Source of the DNA: an uncultured Pseudomonadota bacterium | GTDB lineage: Bacteria > Pseudomonadota > Gammaproteobacteria > Steroidobacterales > Steroidobacteraceae | Direction of reading: 5' to 3' | Length of the DNA: 64,000 nt | Assembly: GCA_903839465.1 (NCBI GenBank) | Contig: CAIMCI010000366.1 | Span: forward strand, 15,514-79,513 | In this document: positions 58,131-64,000 of the stretch, piece by piece | How the letters are laid out: each line of letters opens with the position of its first letter | Position numbering within the stretch: position 1 is the stretch's first letter | The notes under the pieces: generated by a model | Told to the model about the DNA's origin: nothing | Database searches by the model: none | Seen by the model: only the letters and a program-made list of their open reading frames with translations | Position numbers and translations under genes: made by a program

Positions 58131-61100
58131 TTAGTTGGTTGAGTCGGTGATCAGCCCGAAGGCTGCGAGTTTCGTGAGCAGGTCCGCAAGTGCTGCGTTG
58201 CCTCCGCGCGACCCGGTCACGGCGATGCCCATCGCCTGAGACGGAGTCTTGTAGAATCCGAGCTTGTGATCATCCGTCACTTCGAACAGCACGTCTATCC
58301 CGTTATCCTGCAATAGCGCAAACGGGCTCGTCATGCTCAATTGTAGCGGGACGCCAAGCTCTGCAATCGTTTCTTGAAGTACCAGGATGAATTTGTCGTT
58401 CACCTTCCAAGCGTGCCGTGTGGACGCATATGAGTACGAATCGTGTGTCGCGTCGCCCCACGACAGATCGTTCACGCCAAAACCAGCGGTCCCACGCACA
58501 GCAAGCTGTATGACTCCCGTACCCGCGGCGTCGGTCAGCGCATACCCGAGATTTCCCGGCGACCTGAATCCGGTGGAAGAGTAGCGCCGGCCAGCGCGCG
58601 CGGGTGTCTCGGCCGCATCATAGGGGGCGATATCCTCCCAGTCGCTGACGTGCTGGGATTCGGTGCCCGTGATTCCCAGGATACAACGGCCGCCCATATC
58701 TCGCGCGTTTGCGTGGTTGTGGTCAAAGAAAAGGTGCTTGACGTTGATCACCCCGTACTGATCGAACGCTGCGAAAGGTCCAGCGTAACCGTCGACTGTA
58801 CAATGCGCGATGTGAGCCGATTGCAGGTAGTGGGTATACCCGGGAGCCCCGCCAAGGGCAACGAGGATGCACGCCCCATGACAGTTGGTCCACCGGCTGC
58901 CGATGGCCACGAGTGACCCAATCGAATAATCCGCAATCGAGCCTGCGGTCGACTCGGATACCAACATGACACTCGCGCCTGACGTCGCAGCGCAGTCCGT
59001 CGAAATAATCCCAGAGACGTCCAGAGTTTCTACGCGCCCCGCCGTGCTCCCGACCGTCCCGTTGATGATGGCCTCGACGTCTAGGCAGGTCTTGTTGAAG
59101 TGGGTGTTTCCGAAATTGGCACTTTTGACCCCTCTACCGGATAGGCTGTCCACTTTGCAGCCCAGTCCCTGCTGCACTAGGCACCCTCCAGTAAACGAAA
59201 TACGCTCACACGCGATCGTGTAGATGTTGTTCGAGTTGACGGTGCCCGGTCCGTCCGGGTGCAGGAATCGTGTGTTGTGTGGCGCGAATACCGGCACGGA
59301 ATCGACATAGGCAGTCGGAGCGAACCGGCCCACGCCGCGCGCCAGTGTGTTGCTGGCTAGCGTCACGTCATCCGTCGTGAATGACTCGCATTCTTTCGCG
59401 GCGGAGTTGTAGACGCCTGCCGGATTCTCAAACCCGGTCACGTTGGCGCGGCTGATCACCAAGCGAGAACCGGCCTGCACTGGAACGCCGCCACGGGCCC
59501 AGATGACCACGCCGGCATCGTTCGTCCCTACGACCTGTGGACCGTCGTCGCGCACCAGAGAGAGATCCTCAAGCACCACGGTCGCTCGCGACGAAAGCGC
59601 GTGATACCCGCGTGATACGGCGCGAATGATTGACGCTTGGCGGCCTGTACCGTCGATGTGAAACGGCTTGTCGAGGAGCAGTGCTTCCGAAACGAACGAT
59701 TCGCCGCGCGGCATCCAAACCACGCCTCCCTCGGCGGGTAGCGCGTCGTGCGCCGCCTGCCATGCAGCAGTATCGTCCGATCCGACGCGCAGGGTCATAC
59801 CGGAACCACTTGCCGTCGGGGCCGTGTGCAGTTCCACGGACGTCGCGGAGTTTATGCTGTCGATCGTCGTCAACAGGTGGTCCGGCGGACCATAGAGCGT
59901 TTGCGCATTCACCCGCACGCTCGGTGCCGGGTCTACCGTGATCTCTTGGTCCACCCGGATCGACTTGGTCGTGTAGTCCACGCCGTTCAGCGCGATCGGC
60001 TGATTGATTCCGAGCTCGGTTGTTGCCGCGCCGGCAGCGGCCCAGACGGTTGCCGGATCCTGCGCCTGCACTTCCGCCAGCGTGATTGACGTCGTGCCGT
60101 CGCCAGCCTGCGAAATGTTGCCGAATACGCCGGCCGGGTCGGTCAGGCACACAAATATCCCGCAATTGGCGCCCACCTGATCATCGCAGTACGCCACGAA
60201 CACGGGTCGATTGGACGTGTCCGTAGTCACGTACCCATGCGCGCCGCTTGTCGCACTGAGCACGGTACGCGCCGCAACGTCGAACGCTACGACATTGGTG
60301 TAGAGCGCCAACACCAGAACCGGGCTGCCCGTGTAGCCCGCGACCGGAACACGCAGCATCCACGGGTCTACGCTGCCAGCCTGCGCATAGCCGATACCGT
60401 GGTATGCCGTACCGGACTTCATGCGCAGCACGCCGGTTACCGGGTTGTATTCGTCGCCGCCGTCAGACCATGTCGACAGAGCCGGCCATGTAAGCGCGTC
60501 ACCGTCCGAGCACGACCACGATCCAGTCAAGGGGTTCAGTATCCCGCCGACGACCAGCGCAATTTTGCCGACGTCGGCTGCCGTCGCAGCCAGTGTCGCG
60601 CTCGTGACCGTCTTGTCAGACGCCGCGCACACGGCATTGGTCACCGAACGCGCGTCAAGTGCGCCCGCGAAATGTACAATGGCTGGCGGCCCCGCGAGCT
60701 GCCTCTTGCACCGCAGCCCGCCCGCCGTGACGAGGAGGGTGCCGCCGTTCGCCTGCTCGGTCGCGAGAGTCCACGAGCCGGCGGATTTGAGGTAGACGGT
60801 CGTGTTGGACGTGCGGAGGTACGAGTCGCCGTTCGAGCCGAGGCCCGCGTCGGGGACTCCGGCGCCTGAGAGGTAGGCGCCGGTTGCCAGGAGGACCGGG
60901 AAGTGGCCACCTCGAGCGGAGTCAAGAACGCGGAACTCTTTGACGTGTGTCGCTGTGACCGACTCGAGCTCAGCGATGGTTGCAACCTGCACGCAGGTGC
61001 CGTCCACGATCCAGCGACCGGCACTCGCACCGGACGGATTCGCAATCGAGATGCCGTCGGCCGTCTGCGTCGAAGCCGCGTCCCAGTGCCAGGAATTCGA

Positions 61101-61913
61101 GCAGCCGTCGCCGGGGTTCGTGTTGGCTGTGTGAACCGTCTCGGTACCGAGCACCGTTGCGGTGAGCTGGCTCAGTGAGCCGGAGGAGTCAAACGCGACG
61201 GCAAGTCGAGCCGGGCTCATCTCCTTGCTGTGACTCTGCCGGTGCAGCCTCGCCCCACCAACGGTGCGCTTGATGATGCTGTAACCGTTGTCAACACTGG
61301 TCGTGTCGCCGTCGAGCATCCAGAAGAGGCCACCTAGCCCGTCACCCTCCGTCGCCCCGGCCTTGACGTTGAACAGCTTGACGTTCGTGTTCTGGGTAGC
61401 TCGCAACGCAGCAAGAGTTGTCACGCTACCGTTCGTCGTCGTCGGGACGATGCGCCCAGGGTTCGAGACGAGCACGTCGTCCGGCTTGATGCACGTGAGC
61501 CCGTCTGCGTCAGTGTCGAAACCGGCGCCGGAGGTCGGCTCCCACACCCCATGGAACCCCGGGAACGAGACCGCGTCATTAGCTACATAGCTCGCTGAAG
61601 GGGACGCCATGCACGCGGCCAAGTCGTCGAACGTGTGCGTCCCCTCCCCGTTCACGCCCGGGTCTCCCTTCTGGGCCCCGAACTGCCGGGTCTCGAACTG
61701 GGCCGTCATGTCGAGCGTGTTGACGTCTGCCCCGGTCGCCTCGAGCTTGGCGCACAGCGCAGAGGCAGACCGCGTGATGTCGTTGTCGCTCAGGAGTACG
61801 CCACCAGCTGAGCCAATGTCCCCCAACCGAGTGGTCACGAACCGCCCGGCCTTGATCACAGTGCCGTCGCCGAGCACCACCGAGTTGCGGAGAAAGTAGC
61901 GGGCGGTCGTCAT
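58131..61913 (-). CDS. Large tail fibre / tailspike protein, probably with a right-handed beta-helix domain
   Basis: 1260 aa with a short collagen-like GDPGVNGEG. Long Gly/Thr/Ala/Val-rich repetitive beta regions are typical of pectate-lyase-fold tailspikes. Sampled lines are 53-62 % GC. Confidence 0.65.
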   Translation of the reverse strand: MTTARYFLRNSVVLGDGTVIKAGRFVTTRLGDIGSAGGVLLSDNDITRSASALCAKLEATGADVNTLDMTAQFETRQFGAQKGDPGVNGEGTHTFDDLAACMASPSASYVANDAVSFPGFHGVWEPTSGAGFDTDADGLTCIKPDDVLVSNPGRIVPTTTNGSVTTLAALRATQNTNVKLFNVKAGATEGDGLGGLFWMLDGDTTSVDNGYSIIKRTVGGARLHRQSHSKEMSPARLAVAFDSSGSLSQLTATVLGTETVHTANTNPGDGCSNSWHWDAASTQTADGISIANPSGASAGRWIVDGTCVQVATIAELESVTATHVKEFRVLDSARGGHFPVLLATGAYLSGAGVPDAGLGSNGDSYLRTSNTTVYLKSAGSWTLATEQANGGTLLVTAGGLRCKRQLAGPPAIVHFAGALDARSVTNAVCAASDKTVTSATLAATAADVGKIALVVGGILNPLTGSWSCSDGDALTWPALSTWSDGGDEYNPVTGVLRMKSGTAYHGIGYAQAGSVDPWMLRVPVAGYTGSPVLVLALYTNVVAFDVAARTVLSATSGAHGYVTTDTSNRPVFVAYCDDQVGANCGIFVCLTDPAGVFGNISQAGDGTTSITLAEVQAQDPATVWAAAGAATTELGINQPIALNGVDYTTKSIRVDQEITVDPAPSVRVNAQTLYGPPDHLLTTIDSINSATSVELHTAPTASGSGMTLRVGSDDTAAWQAAHDALPAEGGVVWMPRGESFVSEALLLDKPFHIDGTGRQASIIRAVSRGYHALSSRATVVLEDLSLVRDDGPQVVGTNDAGVVIWARGGVPVQAGSRLVISRANVTGFENPAGVYNSAAKECESFTTDDVTLASNTLARGVGRFAPTAYVDSVPVFAPHNTRFLHPDGPGTVNSNNIYTIACERISFTGGCLVQQGLGCKVDSLSGRGVKSANFGNTHFNKTCLDVEAIINGTVGSTAGRVETLDVSGIISTDCAATSGASVMLVSESTAGSIADYSIGSLVAIGSRWTNCHGACILVALGGAPGYTHYLQSAHIAHCTVDGYAGPFAAFDQYGVINVKHLFFDHNHANARDMGGRCILGITGTESQHVSDWEDIAPYDAAETPARAGRRYSSTGFRSPGNLGYALTDAAGTGVIQLAVRGTAGFGVNDLSWGDATHDSYSYASTRHAWKVNDKFILVLQETIAELGVPLQLSMTSPFALLQDNGIDVLFEVTDDHKLGFYKTPSQAMGIAVTGSRGGNAALADLLTKLAAFGLITDSTN

Positions 61914-61933
61914 GAAGACGAGTCTACACGCCC

Positions 61934-62251
61934 CTACTTGATCTGCGCCGTATCTGCCTCGATCCAGCCGAGCATGAGCATGTAAGCAGTCGACCCGCTT
62001 GCAACGATCTTCGTCACGGCTCCTGGGATTCGGTTGCCCATGGCAAGAATCAATGCAGCAGGAAACGTCACGGCGGCATCATCCGACTCGCGGTGCACCA
62101 CCAGAATCCCACCCGAGCCAACGCCAATCACGTAGCCGGATCGATTCTGTTTGCTCGGGTCAAGTGCCCTCACGTCGACGTCACTCCCGACAGAGCCCGC
62201 CCACACCACGTCGAACGCTCTCGGGAACTGAATACTTGCTTGCCTCGCCAT
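61934..62251 (-). CDS. Hypothetical protein
   Basis: 105-aa ORF. Confidence 0.45.
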   Translation of the reverse strand: MARQASIQFPRAFDVVWAGSVGSDVDVRALDPSKQNRSGYVIGVGSGGILVVHRESDDAAVTFPAALILAMGNRIPGAVTKIVASGSTAYMLMLGWIEADTAQIK

Positions 62252-62269
62252 CGGGATTAGTTCCTTTCT

Positions 62270-63091
62270 TCAGGAGGCTAGCAGCTGCACGTCGTTGGCG
62301 AGCTCGGCGTGCTTGAACAGGTTCGCCGCCTGCTCATCGGGGTGCACCCAGTTGGGGCTCAGCACGAAGTAGCAGCTGTCGCAGTACTGCTCGACAAAAG
62401 CCGGCGTCATTGCCTGCACCTGGTTCCAAGTGATGCAGTCGTACCGCTCGTCAACTCCTCGGCCGAACTGGTAGCCCTCGCCCAGCACCTCGTGGCCGCC
62501 CCAGCTGCCCTTGTCGGCGTCTCCGGTGTTAGTCTTCACCACGTCCCACGGCTCTCCCCGGTCGAGCTGCCGCTGCGCTGTGATGGGCATCTGGAAGCCC
62601 ATGCACGCCACGCCGAGTAGGTACTGCCCGGCTCGGAGATGGGCGAGGTTGCCCGGCGACGACGAGACGAACGCCTCGATGGGAGGCAGGCCGAACAGGC
62701 CGAGGCTCTTCCAGCGCTTCATCACGTCGAGTGGGTCACATCCCAGGTCGGTCTCGGGCTTGCCCGGAATGTAGCCCTGTGACTCGTACTCCTTGAGAAC
62801 CTGGGCATCGGAGACAACGATCTGCCCGGACGAGCCGGGGCGGCACGCGCTGAACAGCTCCTCAGCGTTGGCCGGTCCGGCGATCATGCAGGTGCCGAGT
62901 GTGTTGTTCAGGTGCATGCCCCACGGATTCTTCACCCGCTTGCGCCACTCGAACCACGAGGTCGGCACCATCGGCAGATGGCCGGCGACGAGATAGTTGG
63001 GGAGCAGCAGGTTCCGGTTGTCGTTCCGATGCGGCTTCTTGCCGAGCTTGAGTGACGAGGCCGGAACGTGAACACCGTCGAGGAAGATCAT
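62270..63091 (-). CDS. Papain-like (C1-type) cysteine peptidase-like protein
   Basis: 273 aa from MIFLDGVHV (ATGA overlap with the upstream stop). NNTLGTCMIAG is a candidate catalytic Cys and SWGGHEVLGEGY a candidate His motif. Confidence 0.5.
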   Translation of the reverse strand: MIFLDGVHVPASSLKLGKKPHRNDNRNLLLPNYLVAGHLPMVPTSWFEWRKRVKNPWGMHLNNTLGTCMIAGPANAEELFSACRPGSSGQIVVSDAQVLKEYESQGYIPGKPETDLGCDPLDVMKRWKSLGLFGLPPIEAFVSSSPGNLAHLRAGQYLLGVACMGFQMPITAQRQLDRGEPWDVVKTNTGDADKGSWGGHEVLGEGYQFGRGVDERYDCITWNQVQAMTPAFVEQYCDSCYFVLSPNWVHPDEQAANLFKHAELANDVQLLAS

Positions 63092-63446
63092 GGGCAGCAG
63101 GCTCCGGCGCCGCACCCGCAAGCCTCAGCCGGGGTGGCGGCGAAGATGTGGCACTCCGTGTCGAAACTCTTCGGGTCGGTGGCCAGCCAGAAGCGGCACT
63201 GCTCCACGAACTGGGCGTCCGCCTGCGGGCACTCGAGCGGGGGTGCCGCTAGATGGGCACGCACCTGCTCACACTGGTCCGCCGGGGTGGTACCCCCAGA
63301 ACCGGGCATTGCTCCGCCCAGGCTGGGCGCTGGCGAGCCGCCGGCCCCCCCGGTGTAGGTTGGACCCGGGGTAGGGTCAACGCGCTCCTGGCAAGTCGCA
63401 AAGCAGCCGCCGGCCAGCACCGCTGCAAAGAGCGCGATGGCAGGCC

Positions 63447-63450
<4 letters not shown>
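63088..63450 (-). CDS. Putative lipoprotein, Cys-rich
   Basis: 120 aa from GTG 63450 (GTGA overlap). The signal peptide ends in the lipobox-like LAGGC. Confidence 0.45.

Positions 63451-64000
<550 letters not shown>

Overview
The whole 64 kb window is phage DNA: one uninterrupted segment of a high-GC (about two-thirds G+C in hand-sampled lines) contractile-tailed phage or prophage. Neither end of the element is visible, and I saw no integrase, tRNA, rRNA, CRISPR array or host housekeeping gene. There are three blocks. (1) 1-18.05 kb is a leftward early/replication operon with a family-B DNA polymerase, an ECF-like sigma factor, a DUF932-like protein, Fis-type HTH proteins, an MT-A70 methyltransferase, a primase, a DnaB-like helicase and an SF2 helicase. 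(2) 18.05-26 kb is a regulatory/accessory region holding an AT-rich GATC cluster, a glucosaminidase-like endolysin, a GT-A glycosyltransferase next to an N6-adenine methyltransferase, and a RadC-like operon. (3) 26-64 kb is a leftward late module with holin-like, fibre, Mu-like baseplate, tape measure, G/GT chaperone, tube, sheath, connector, capsid, scaffold, Mu-F-like and portal genes, followed by a lower-GC receptor-binding block. Beyond the gene calls, four things stand out. A CGCGCCAT box sits 9-15 nt (mostly exactly 10 nt) upstream of 13 start codons, usually with no Shine-Dalgarno. A perfect 20-bp palindrome, ACGGAACCCCGGGGTTCCGT, occurs six times, mostly at divergent gene junctions. 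A cyclic-nucleotide-binding/DUF1003 membrane protein is inserted between the baseplate hub and spike genes. A second, opposite-strand moron lies inside the baseplate operon. All functional calls rest on motifs read by eye and on synteny; no database search was run.
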